A stretch of 64,000 nt of DNA from Pelomyxa schiedti. Taxonomy: Eukaryota > Protista > Evosea. Where the stretch lies: positions 1 to 64,000 of the forward strand of contig JAHLWZ010000810.1 in the NCBI GenBank assembly GCA_020536535.1, written 5' to 3'. The first letter of the stretch is position 1. Every line of letters starts with the position of its first letter. The notes under the pieces are model-generated. The model was not told the DNA's origin and made no database searches. It was given only the letters and a program-made list of their open reading frames with translations. Positions 36,619 through 48,890 of the stretch are shown in pieces. A program made the translations under genes and the position numbers.

Positions 36619-38824
36619 TCAACCCCACATGCTTTTGTCGGCACTTCCTTGTTCTATCATCCAAGGATGGTCCAAAATGCCTTGAGTGCATTTAGTGCCT
36701 TCAATTTTGATCCGCATGTCGGGATTCACGGTCAACATTCTACGAAGAAGATCTTTCACTGCAAAAGGTTATTGTTAGCTATTGACTGTTTGATTGTTTG
36801 TTTTCGCTGGCTGGAACAGTCCAACACATGCATACCCTTCATGTGGACACCAACAGGACCCAAAGGGCCTTCATTGTATCTCCCCGAACCTGCAAAGAAC
36901 GTGAGAAGAGGTGCGCGGAATTGAGTGGAAAATACGTATAAGAGCCTCGAAATTCCCTCCTGCAAAAGGAAACGCGAATGCGGCCCTATTGGTATGTGAG
37001 TTTTTAAGTCAAGTGTTGCTGAATGGGCCTGCTGAAACTGCCCACACACATTGAATACAGTACAACGCCAGAAGACCTAGCCAAATCAAAAAGTAAGGAA
37101 AAAAGGTTACAGAAGGGGTGAGCCAAACCAGACATCTGCAGGGGTGCCGTAAGTCCTATTGGTGACATTGATCCCATGTACTTCCGGGGCCATGTAAATT
37201 GGAGTACCAACTCGTGACTGGGCAGTTCCACTTGCATCTGATATGGAGTTAACTGTGAATAATTCAGGTTTCCTTGTTCTCACCCAATGTTCGGCAGTGT
37301 CCAAAGTCCTATTTTGTGATCAGGTTTGTTTTGATTGGATTGTTCTATTGTTATTACTTTTATCATTTGGGTATTTTGTTGAGGGGGTGGCGTGGGGTGA
37401 GGTGGAGTGGAGAAATACTGCAATGGCAACGCGAGGGGTTTTGTTTGGGTTCCACGGCTCCAACACGAGAATGTTATCACCCTATCCAACCAATCAGTTT
37501 CTCCACAGGTGATACATATATCTATTTCAAGCAGTGTTGTTCATTCATACCTTAAGGTCTCTAAAAGGGAAAAGTTAGTGGGCACGGAACACCACACTGT
37601 GTTTAAAATGAAAACCCACCGATGGACGATATTATTCAGATGCAAAAATTTCAGACCCTCAATGAACTGGGAAAAAATTTCGAATAACTGCCTCTCGGTA
37701 AACCTTTCATTTTTGGATGCCATCTATTGTAGTATTAATTGCATTCTTCAGTTAAAAGGAATAGTGAAATGTGAATTATTATAGATGGATAGGTATGGAT
37801 TTTCTAGGCTTACATTGCCAATGAGATTACACAGGTCACCTCCATATGCCCTTTTTTGGGAATGTGTGGTTAGTGTTTGGGGAGGGAAGAGTGTGGCTCT
37901 GCGCCTACCAATCAAAGAGCAAGACAATCTTTTGCGGGGAGAAATGGTAGTCAACACAACTTATGATGTTGGGATGCGTTTTGCCACGGAGTGTCTATCT
38001 CGCGCGAAGTCGCTGTCGGGTTTGCGTTGTGGAGATTCATAACTTTTGCTACCATCCACTTATTTCGATGAACAGAGAAAGCAGCGAAAATGGTGCCTGA
38101 ACCTCCTTGACCAATAGGAACGCCAGAAAGTATGTAGGAACGAAAGAATACATCCTAGAACTCAAGCATTAATATTTGCCCATATGCGCAGCCTTGATTC
38201 TTGATTGTACAATGCAATACATATTTATTTATGTCTGTGTGTATGCATTCATGTATGTATGTTTTATGTAATGGTGTGGTGGGTTATCTCACTTCTTCAT
38301 GAAGTCCAACTTTTTCTGGTATGCTATAATCTTGTGCAGAGAAAGTGTATTTCACTTCTGTGCAGGAGAAAGAAAGGGAAATGAAAGAACGTGGTTAAAG
38401 AAAAGTGAAGAAATAACAGTCACCATCTGCTTACTGAGATCCTTTGCGAGAAATACAGTAATTGGAGATCCACAATAAAGCTGGGCTCGTTTGTTTCGCA
38501 ATAACACGTCTCCACATAATATTCCATAGCGGCTGTGTGCAGATTAAAAAAAAAGAGTAAGGATAATAATTACTATTTTTGTGCGAATTTGTTTGTTGCC
38601 CTACCTTCTGTCTTCTATTGTCAGAGTCCCATTGACGCGGGAGATTATAGCGTGCACCGGCTCTACGTATGGGAAATTCAATACCAAGCTACATCTGCAG
38701 TCGCGCCCAATCACGAAAGGCGCACTTCCGGAAATCGCTGCGTACTTGGGGATGCATGCCGGGATCGCACCGTTGTCCGGACCGGGAGTCGCCGCCAGAT
38801 GCCCCAAAAAAGATCTCGGTCCTG
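36619..38824 (-). CDS. Second FHA-domain Ser/Thr kinase; 5' end lost at N-gap; frame disruption at alphaC
   Basis: FHA: PFVIGRDCRCSLVLNFPYVEPVHAIISRVNGTLTIEDRS|RYGILCGDVLL. Kinase: IGQGGSGTIF, MVAKVM, REIDT/LRGKTHPNII, W|AYGGDL, IVHR|DLK|GDNILV, DFGHCRTL|D..VGTPIYMAPEV, ADVW|SSG, LLRRMLTVNPDMRI, ILDHPWM. Confidence 0.8.
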
Positions 38825-38845
38825 GTGTGCAGGGAAAAAAAGGAA

Positions 38846-38918
38846 AAAAAAGGGCATATGGAGGTGACCTGTGTAATCTCATTNNNNNNNNNNGGGGGGG
38901 GGGGGGGGGGGCGGGGGG
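38846..38918. other. 38-bp inverted copy of 37820-37857 abutting a 10-N gap (38884-38893) and poly-G run; probable assembly artefact
   Basis: aaaaaagggcatatggaggtgacctgtgtaatctcatt is the exact reverse complement of the kinase-exon sequence at 37820-37857. Confidence 0.85.
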
Positions 38919-39750
38919 AAATGAGAGAGCCCATTAACACGTTGTTGGTTGGTGGGAATAATAGGGGAGTCTTGCCTGTTGCATTATGGCGCTGTTGTGG
39001 CTGAACAGCGGACGACAGCATGTCACCAACGCGCCTCGTGCTTTGTGTCGGTTTTTATGTTTAATTACGAGGGTAAAATCTGTAATTCTGCCTCGGTGTA
39101 TTTTCGCCCTGGAGAAAGTTGTTAGAAAACTCGAAGGGAACAGGAAGGCGATTTAACTTCTATTTTCCGCTATCGGCCATTTTTAACCGTGCAAGATTCA
39201 GCCCAGGATTGGTGAGTGCTCTTCCACCTTAAATGACTCTATTCCACACAGCACTGCACGGCAATGCCCAGCCAGGCCGATTCCGTCTGTTCCCTCATAT
39301 TTCCTCTCAGTCCATAGCAAAAATAAATAACCTCATCTTTAGGAACCACCTTGCTTCTCCCATGTTTGGGACGTAATGGGTGCGAGGGTTGTTTCTTTCC
39401 CCTCGTCGTGGCTGCTGCGCCAAGCCACCGCACTGGTTCTACTACTCAAGACTCGCGCACCCAGTGGGTTGTTTTCTGGTGAACACGAAGTAACCCTTCT
39501 GGTTCAGGTGGTCACGACTGTAGTGTGCCTTCGCCGCTGTCAGGGCGGTACTTTCATAGCCATGGCTTGTGCTGCTTGTACACCGGGCAAGCCTTGATGT
39601 TTTCCACCAGAGTTCAACAAAATCCTCTCACGTAAAAGGTTGAATAGAAGTCACGAAGAAATAAAGCCACTCAAAAGAATTTTGTTTGGAACTATTTTTT
39701 TTTCTTAGAAAACCAACACAAAACAAAACACTCAATCAAAACTTGCTTCT

Positions 39751-42493
39751 CTAGTGTCCAGAGGCGGGGGCGGAGACCAAGCCAGAGGCGGTGTTGAACA
39801 AGTTAATTGGGCTGTTGCCATCGGTGATCATCAGTGACTTGAGTCCAAGGCCGTTGAGGAGCTTGGCCTGCATTTCTGGTCCGGCCTGTGCAATAGCCCT
39901 GATTGTCTCTGGTCCAATGGCGGAAACTACCTCTCCGAACTTGGTGGTTTCGATTTCAGCAAGGTCGCGGGTGCGCTTCACCTCCAGCTGTGTGAGCTTC
40001 TCCTTGTGTGCAAGCTCCATTCCTTGTCGCTTCTTGAGCTCGTCAAGGGCTGCCTTTGCGGTAATGGTGGCAGAGTTTGCGGAGAGGGTTGCCTGCTTGA
40101 CTGCGGCCTCGCCCTCGATGGTTGATGCAGCGGCAAGAGCTCGAGCCTCAGCTGTTGCCTGACCGGTGCTCTCCACGGTTGCGCTTTGTGCCTGGAGCTC
40201 AAGGAGTGACTTGCGGGCCCTCTCGGCCTCGGCCTCGTCGGCGAGCTTTTGTCTCTCAAGGCGGCCGCGGGCCTCCTGGTCAAGGCGCTCAGCCTCCTGG
40301 CGGGCTGTGGCCTCCTGGGACTTGGTGGTAATCTCAATAGCGAGTTGGACTGACTTCTGAAGGGAGTCGCGGGTGCGTTGGTCGACGGGCTCAACAGACT
40401 GAATATCAATGTTGGTGACAACAAGGTTGTTGCTGCTGAAGACAAGTCGGTCATTGATTTCGCCGGTCTGTGTGTTGCGACCAAAAACGGACTCCTGAAT
40501 GATATCTACGGAGTGCTTGTGGAAGGCATCGAAAGATGTAGAGGCAACAACTCCTCTGACGCGGGCACTGAGGGCCTTGCAAAGATCACCAACTACGAGG
40601 TGTCAAAATAAAGAAAACCACACAAGAGAAAAACAAACCGAAGTCAGGTGTGCTGAAGATGCGGCCAGCAGCCTCCTGATCGCTTTGGTCAACCTCGAAA
40701 TGCCAGTTATAGCTGAGCTTGAGAGCCAAACGGGCGTGATCAGCGGTTTCAACGGTGATCTGATCAGTCATGAAGTCGGGTCCAAGGAACAGGGAGATGG
40801 CGTGGATTTGGTTGGATTGTTTAGGAACACCACCGCTCATGTTAAGAGTTGTGAAGTGCTCATCTGGCTGGAGGAGGACAAGATCGGGTCCGAATACAAC
40901 ACGTGATTTCTTCTTCTCATAGTCATACACTTGTACAGCAGCGCCGTGGGGTACACGGTAGCTGACAACGCGGGTTGGGTCGCGAGCCTTGGGAGATCCT
41001 GTCTTAATGTCGTTCTTGTCGCGAGAAGCATCAACAAGGAGCAACTTGTCGACTTCAGTGGGGAGAACCTTAGACCAGAGCTCCTCATTAGGGGCAAGCA
41101 TGTATGAAGATCCAATGTGGGCGCGGATCTTGCCTGTGGTGATATCGCGTACGTAGATACCCTCGTTCTCGTCAAGAGGAATTGCTCTCCTCTTCTCGAC
41201 TACCTCAACCTCTACTGGTGGGATGAAGTCTCGTGGGCCATAGAGCATCCACCTGTCTCCAGGGAGCTTCTTCTCTTCTGGAAGGGCAGAGCGGGCACGG
41301 AGAAGAAGGGCCTCCTCCTGAGCAAGCACGTACACATCCTGGATTCCATTCTCAAGCCTCTCACCTGGGTAGAGGAAGAAAGAAGCCTCGCCTCGGCGGA
41401 GTTCGCGGGCGCCGAACCTGGGCCTGCCGTCATGGCCAATTGGGTCGACAACAACGCAGAACTGTCGGTTGTTCAGGGTGGTGATTTTCACGATTCCCTT
41501 GACTTGCTCATAAACGTCGGTGATGTAGGTCTCAGTATCTTGCATGGTGACAAGCCACTCCTCTCCAGCCTTGCGGACCTTGTTGAAGACATCAGAGAAC
41601 GTGTTGTTGGCAACAAGGTGAAGGGCGGTAGTGGGAGTCAGAACAACGGCGCTGACAGTTCCAACGATTTCCTCATTGACATCAGGTAAGTAAGCACCGC
41701 TCTTGCGGACCAACCACTGCTCACCAGCGCATCTGTGCTGGGTGGTGCTATCAACGCAATCGAGTCTGGCGCGAAGCTTGAGGGCCTCATTCTCCTTGAT
41801 GATTGTGCTGTTAACCTTCTCCACAACTGATTCCTCAACACGGGGAGTGTATGTGGAGGGTCCCTTGAACAGCCACTCGTCGCCAGAGGTTCGTTTGTGT
41901 CCTTCCTTGTCTTCGAAATCCCTCACGGCACGGATACGGAGTGCCTGATTGGCTTGAACGACAACCAAGGGTGTTGGCTTCTCTAAAACGCAGGATTAGT
42001 ACTCGGAATTGGAATTAAAGGGAAAGAAGTGGGCATACCCTTAAGAGACTCTCCAGGGAAGAGTGGGAATGGGTCCTGAGCGAAACGGATTTCCTCATCT
42101 CCATGTCTAATCTTGGGCATGCCAAACTGATCAAGGAGTGTGTTCCCCTTCTTGTCCTTCTCCACTGGGTTGGAGATCTTGCAGTAGTTGCGGGGAGGAA
42201 CAGTAATCATAGCCTCTGAAATTTAAATTAATAACCATTAAACCACAAGTATTTAAAAAGACACACACGACAAAAAACATCGCATTATTGAGTGTGTGTT
42301 GTAGTGGAAAAAACCCAATAACACGAAGGGAGAAAAACAAACAAACAAAAAGCGAACCTGGGCCGAGGATGATGTTTTCATGGTCGCGGCGAGTGAAAGT
42401 TCGAGGACCGACAACAACAGTGGTAACGTTGGTGTTGTTATCAAAGACGTGGATGTAGTGGTTGGGCTTGATTCGAATGACTGACTCCGGCAT
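39751..42493 (-). CDS. MVP: Major vault protein
   Basis: MPESVIRIKPNHYIHVFDNN..VGPRTF; EEIRFAQDPFPLFPGE; repeated GEEWLV/GDEWLFKGP/GDRWMLYGP vault repeats; IPLDENEGIYVRD; RVVFGPDLVLLQPDEHFT; DFMTDQITVETADHARL; cap helix; C-terminal LITDGNSPINLFNTA. Confidence 0.97.
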
Positions 42494-42936
42494 GGTTGAA
42501 ACAAAACTTGACTTTTGGTTTGTTTTGGTTTTTCTTGTGTTTTTTTTTAAATTATGTTTTGGTTTTTTATTCGGCACAAAATAAAAAGTAGCTACGCGGA
42601 TCTAACGGCCAAAAAAAAAACCGAACGGAGGAAAAAAAAACAAACCAAGAATTGAAAGAGAAAAAAATAGGAATTCCTGAAAGCGAAAGGACTGGGCGTT
42701 GAATCAGTTGCTTTTTAATCCGGGGTTCTATCTTTCTATCCTCCGCGCCATTCTCCTCTCTGAGCATGGAAGCATCGCCTATTCCCAAGCCTCAATAGAT
42801 ACACAACAAGGTCTTTGTGAGCAGCTTCGAGACCCACACCACCAGAAAACACAAAATCCTTTCGCCGTGCCTGATTGTGTGCAATGCACTGCATCTTTCA
42901 CGAACGTTCTTCGTTGCCGTCCACCAACCGGCGAAC

Positions 42937-45900
42937 ATGCAACCTGCCAACGACGACCCCCCTTCTCCCTCGCCCCAGCCCACGGAATCCGCAGACACCC
43001 GCCCCTCCGCCTCTGCCTCTCCCCCTCCTTCACACCCATCCCACCACCACCGGGACCAACACCGGCACAGCTGCAGCCCAGAGAGGCAGCACGAAGGGTG
43101 CCCGGCAGACAGCCCCCCGCGGTGCGGCCTGCCCCCCCCGGGGGCCATCCGCGCCCGCGCCTCCACCTCCGCGTCGGTGCTGGACAAGCGGAAGACCCTG
43201 CAGCGCTCCAACGGCGTCCTCAACCTCCGCGGCATGGGCTGCGACGACACCTGCCCGCTGCCCCCGTCCTCGATCCGCGCCTCCTGCTCCCTGCTGCCGC
43301 TGCCCTCGTCCTCGTGCCCGCCCTCGTGCGCCTCCCACGAGGGGATGCCCTGCACCTGCCGCTGCTCCCTCACGACGACTACTACTACTGCTACTACTAC
43401 CTCGGCTTCCTCGTCGTCGCCGAAGGGGGTGGTGCTGCGGAGCCTGGGTAAAAACACTGCTGGGGCACCTACCAGCAAGTCGATGGACTCGGTGGTTTTG
43501 AACCCCACTGGGGGCGTCAAGTGCACTGTGAGGGGCACGGACAACGATCGCAACAACTCGCTCTCTCAGTCTCCAAATGCCACCAGGAAAAAATCGACTT
43601 CCAAAAGACCTTCCCCATCTCCACCACCAAAATCCACTCCTCTGAAAACAATGGTAACTGTGAGCCAAATGGCCCAGGCTACTACTACGGGGATCCCGCA
43701 ACCTACTGAACAGATAGTACCAACTGGCGATTCAGGTGATTCAGCTTCTAGTAACACCCCTGCGAACAGCAGAACCAAAACGTCTCCAAGGATTGCACTT
43801 TTTCCCACCATCAAAATACACTGCCTATGGAAACATGGCAGCCATACTACCGTGTCACAACTGTCAAGATACTCCCGTTGCATCGCGGAGGCGCTAATTC
43901 CGGAACTGCAGAGTGATGAACTTGACCGAGCAAGGGCATTAAAGAAGTTGCAGGAACAAAGCCCCAAGATTATCAAAGTGTTTGCCAACGTCTTCGAAGC
44001 TGCTTCTTCCGAGTCACATTCGTCGTTTGACACCTTTGGAGATTTTCACCCAATGGCATCCCTGGCACAGGCTTCCAACATTAGTGACCTAGTTTCTCCT
44101 GGTCTAAATTATACCACCCCCTCAGAGTCTCCCATGTCAGGCGACTCAACCCCAGAGTCAAGAGGTGCCAGCCTTCAAAGTGGAATGACTGATGAAACGG
44201 CACTTATATTTATGCTTTCTGTGAGTGATAGCTCCATTCCTTATGTTTGGGTACATGCTGCCCATGCAGCTGTTGATGCTCTATGGTGCATTTGCTTAAG
44301 TCCGCGGTTCGCAAAACTTGTGCATCAAAATGTTGTCGTATTTGCATGCCGGCTATTCTTCCACTCTTTGGCATCGTCTTTGACCTGGTCTTCGCTTCCT
44401 CAGCTGCCTCCGTCATGTCTTTTGGAGTCGACTGCCTCAGCGGCGTTGTTGATGTCTTCCTCATCAAGCTCCCTATTATCACCGCACGTACCCTCTCTAT
44501 CGCCCACTCCAGACACCAAAGCCACAGGATCTGGTGTGGCTCCACCAGTGGAGGAACCGGAAGCTCCACTAAATCCTCTTCGCAATGCTTCAGTTCGAAA
44601 AGATACCTGTGGTATTCTTTGGCGCTTGACAGAGATTCTAACAAATCGCATTGATGACTCCGGACTTCCTGAGGGGGGTGGACTTCAACAGCGCATGCAA
44701 ATAAATAATGTTGCCCTACAGTCAGCAGTATCACGCCTTCTGAAGGCATTCCCTGAACACCAGCGCATCCAATATCACAGTTGTAAGTTGATGACAGTTA
44801 TGATAAAGCGGTATTCATTTTGCTGGGAATTCGTCAAACTTGATGGGCTCAAAGTATTGAGTAGTGCTGCCCGACTCTTAATGAGAACTGCTGAGGCAAT
44901 TCCCGATACTCTTCAGGAGCTAAGAGATCATATTATTAACGTTGGTACTTGCCCTCTGCGGACTGGATGCTCTTATTCTTCGTGTGTATATTCCTCCAGC
45001 AATGCATACTTATCTTTTTAGTGGTTCAGGGGAGACCACATGCGTTTCTGTTCTATATAATGCCTTGTTAGCAGAACAGTACCAAGAGCTTGTGTTAACT
45101 GAAAATATCACTTCACAGGCCTTGGCTCAATTTTTGCCTTCCCTGTACCCTTTCTCCCGAGTCGTTATGAGTAATTTGGGGCTGGACTCTGTGCCTATCG
45201 AGATAGGCAATCTTTCCAATCTCGTTCAAGTTGATCTGAGTCACAATCAACTTGGTTATGTCCCTTGTTCTTTTGCTAAGCTGGAGAAACTGGAACTTCT
45301 CAACGTTGAATACAATAAGATTGACCGGTTATTCCCAGGGTTTGGGCTCCACCCAACAATGAAACTGATGTGCCAGCATAATCCTCTCAAGGGAATACCC
45401 TTCATGGCCAGAAACTCTCCAAAAAACTTGAAGACTTATTTGAAAGACTTAAATGAAGACATGCACTACTGGAATCGCGTTCGGATACTCGTAGGTATGA
45501 TAATAGACTCAAATATATAAAAAGAGTAAATCTTTGTTCCAGTTGGAGAAGAATCAGCTGGCAAAACTTCTCTCATTCGCCGTTTGCAGTCACGCAAATT
45601 CAAGTCCAACTCTCTGGCTACAAATGGAATTGAAGTAGCATCGAAGCAAGTAAGTATTGGTGAATCTACACTGGGACCTTCAGTTAAATTTATGTGCTGG
45701 GACTTTGGTGGACAGGTAGTTCGCCTCTTACCCATAAATTATTCTAAAAGTCCTAAGGTGTGCTTCTATCCAACTCACCAGTTCTTCCTATCACCCAAAG
45801 CCCTTTACCTAGTGACCTTTAGTCTGGAAAAGTTTCAGCTCTCCACTATTGATTACTGGCTTCAGCAGGTGTGATTAGAAGTTTTGTTGTCTGTTCTGAG

Positions 45901-48775
45901 ATGCACAAGATTGAAGCAATTTCCTCCAAAGATCAAACAGAGCCTCCAGTAATTCTTTGCGGGACGCACTCTGACGTTTTTCCTTCCCTAGAGGAAGCCA
46001 CTATACAAATTCAAAGTATGCTTTCCAGATACAAGCAAAGGTTTCACAACATTAAGGTATATTGTGACTTTATTGTCTTCCAATATTCATCTGAGTCCAG
46101 GGAGCAATTGCACTGAGCAATAGCACTGGCATTGGCATCAATTCACTTAAGACGCTTCTCCTAAAAGTCGCTAAGGATACGAAGGTAGTCCTTTGTCGAA
46201 TACATTCTTTATTCATAAGTGGAATAGCTCACGAATATCGAAATTCCCACATCTTACTACTGCCTATCAAAACGGGTGATCTCGTTGCAAAAGGCATCCC
46301 CTGGAATGCGGGTAATGCCCTGGATGAGCTTTTATCAGCTCGCAAACCAGGTGAACTTATTTTGCCCTGTAAGTGTCCAACTTGCAGCGGAATTTCTGTG
46401 CAGGTAGAACTAGCTTCCTTTTATGCTTTCCTTTCCTAATCCCAGCAGTATGGGTTATTTGTTACACTACAACCACGGTTTACTTGCGGATGTGGTGTTT
46501 ATGGACATGCAGGTATTCGAACTCCTTCGTAATTTTTTCTGACATCTCCTATAGTGGGTTGCTAACGTTATGGCGACACTGATTTCGTTTACCCACAATT
46601 TCGGTAAAAGAGATGGGCTTCTTAGACCAGAGGACCTTAAACAGGTTCCCTATTGTTATCAATGCTCTTTAATTAAATCATGTGCCTAAGATTCTGAAAG
46701 GAAGCACCACAAATTCACTGGAATTCATAGAGCTTCTTGTAAAATTCAACATTGCTCATGTTATTTCTAGCAATGACTCACTTCTCATCCCGTGCCTCCT
46801 GTCTGATGCCTGCCCCAATATGGAGTGGCCTCCACAATCTCCAAATGATAGCCTTACTTCACCTATGGTGATAAGTGCTTGTTCTAGGTACTACAGATTA
46901 TATGAATTTCGGTTTCTGCCTCTTGGGTGTGCCAGCTGATGTTATAGAGGTTTCCTTACATTTTTCCATGAAATAGCTTTATGGGTAGATTGATTACACA
47001 AATACTCCAGAGCCCAAATATATCCATGCTGAATTGCTGGAAGGATGGGCTTATTATTACAGATAAACTCCATCCCCAGTTTTGTCTGTTTAAGTATGAC
47101 CCTGAACTGTGCACTGTGTCTCTTGATGTTGCTCTGTTTGGCTCTCTTGAGGACCCCAAGGCATCTTTGCTGCGAATATGTATTGAAATGATAGGTGGGG
47201 ATGATGTAAATCCTTGTACCCTCACAATAAAATAGAAGCCCTAGCGGAATGTTCATACCCAAGATTATTTTATTGTCTTCAACGAAGAGTTCCCTGCAAC
47301 CACTGTAAAGCTCTCAGCACTGCTTCAGTTTTCAAGTATGAAGATATTGTATCACTGTATGTTTCTGGGCAAACAGACGTGAAATGTAATGGTGACTCTG
47401 TTACGGTTGTACCTATCAAATGCTACTGTTTACTGACACACCTAAGTTGGAAGACTTAGCACCGGACATAACATTCACTGATATACCAGTCCTAAAGGAT
47501 GTACGAATTGTTAGAAAACTGGGTGAAGGAGGCTTTGGGGCTGTACTTCCATCTTTCCTCCAATTCAATCTTAGAATCAGTATTAGGTTTACCAAGGAAT
47601 GCTAAATACGAGCAGCTGGGTGGCAGTAAAAGTAGTTGTGCTATGTTTCGACACAAATAACAAATGACTACAGGAGTTACTCGGTTCTGGAGAGGACACA
47701 GTACAGAAATTTACGCAGTTCCAGCGGGAAACTGCAATAATGAACTTCTTACATCATCCAAACCTCGTCTCACTTCTTGGAATAACTCTGACGCCTCCTC
47801 GTATGGTTTTAGTATGTACCGCCAGAATAGCCGGAAAGTACTAAGTTCCCACAGGAATTCATACCTGGAGGAGACCTTTCACATTTCATGCACCCACAAG
47901 CAGAGAAGACCATCTCACAAGAAGAATTCGACTGGGTATACAGATTGAACATCGCTATTGACATAGCTCGGGGGATGGAATACCTTCAAAAAATAAAACC
48001 TCCCGTGATACATCGAGGTAAATATCTATTACATTCCACTCTTTGCACAGTTCTCAGTGCACTAGATTTACGACCTGCGAATATTTTCCTCACTGGAACC
48101 ACTGAAGGACCAATTTATGCGAAAGTTGCGGTATGTGTTTTTGATAGCATTTGGTTCTTTTTTACCAATTCAATTCCACCTTAGGATTTTGGTACCTCGT
48201 TGTCTATTCCCGCCTCCCATAACTTCTTACTTTCCAAGGTCTCAGCAGAAGGGTATCCGAGATGAATGACTCTCTTCCAAATTGGGAATGGCTGGCTCCT
48301 GAAGTTTATTCAACCTCCTCGGTCACTAAGAAATATGACTGCAGCACAGGTTAATAAGTGGTTAACGGCAAATCAAATTGAACGAACTTCCTTCAGATGT
48401 ATATAGCTTTGGGCTTATATTGTATGAAATGGAGGCCTTGCGGATTCCCTATTCGGAATTTCGTGAAGACCCAAGATACAACACAACAGCAGGCACAAAT
48501 AAAGCTGGGAAGCCTATTCTAAGATTCCAACTAATTAAATTCAAAGTACACAAACGCAATTTTTCCCCTTTTAAAATAATACACCCAATTAGAACGCAAT
48601 TGAGGAAGGACTGCGGCCCACTCTCCTAGAATCCCCTGAAATACCCCTTGGTTACAATGAATTGATGAAGCAATGCTGGGATAATGACCCCACCAATAGA
48701 CCCACCTTCTCCCAGATTTACGAGGACCTTACAAGGATATATGCAAATAACGACTGCAGTAGCCAACAGCACTAA
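42937..48775 (+). CDS. Roco-family protein (low-complexity N-terminus, helical repeat region, LRR-ROC-COR-TKL kinase)
   Basis: LRRs (LDSVPIEIGNLSNLVQVDLSHNQL); ROC VGEESAGKTSL, WDFGGQ, YPTHQFFLS, VILCGTHSD; COR; kinase LGEGGFGAV, VAVK, IHR|DLRPANIFL, DFG, WLAPE, DVYSFGLILYEM. The HRDLRxxN motif is typical of amoebozoan Roco kinases. Confidence 0.9.
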
Positions 48776-48890
48776 TTCTAATTCAGTATTGTACAAAGAA
48801 GAAAGAAATAATAAATTGTATATTGTTTTCTATCTCTGGTTGTTTGGTTTGTATGCACATTGAAAATGTGTATGACTGCACCACTGAAGT

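Noticed and set aside
39100-39650. Possible first exons of FHA kinase 2 or a vault-associated ncRNA downstream of MVP
   Set aside because: No phase-consistent link across the N-gap, and no recognisable Pol III A/B boxes.
39791-41948. Long plus-strand ORFs antisense to MVP
   Set aside because: Shadow ORFs caused by MVP codon bias.
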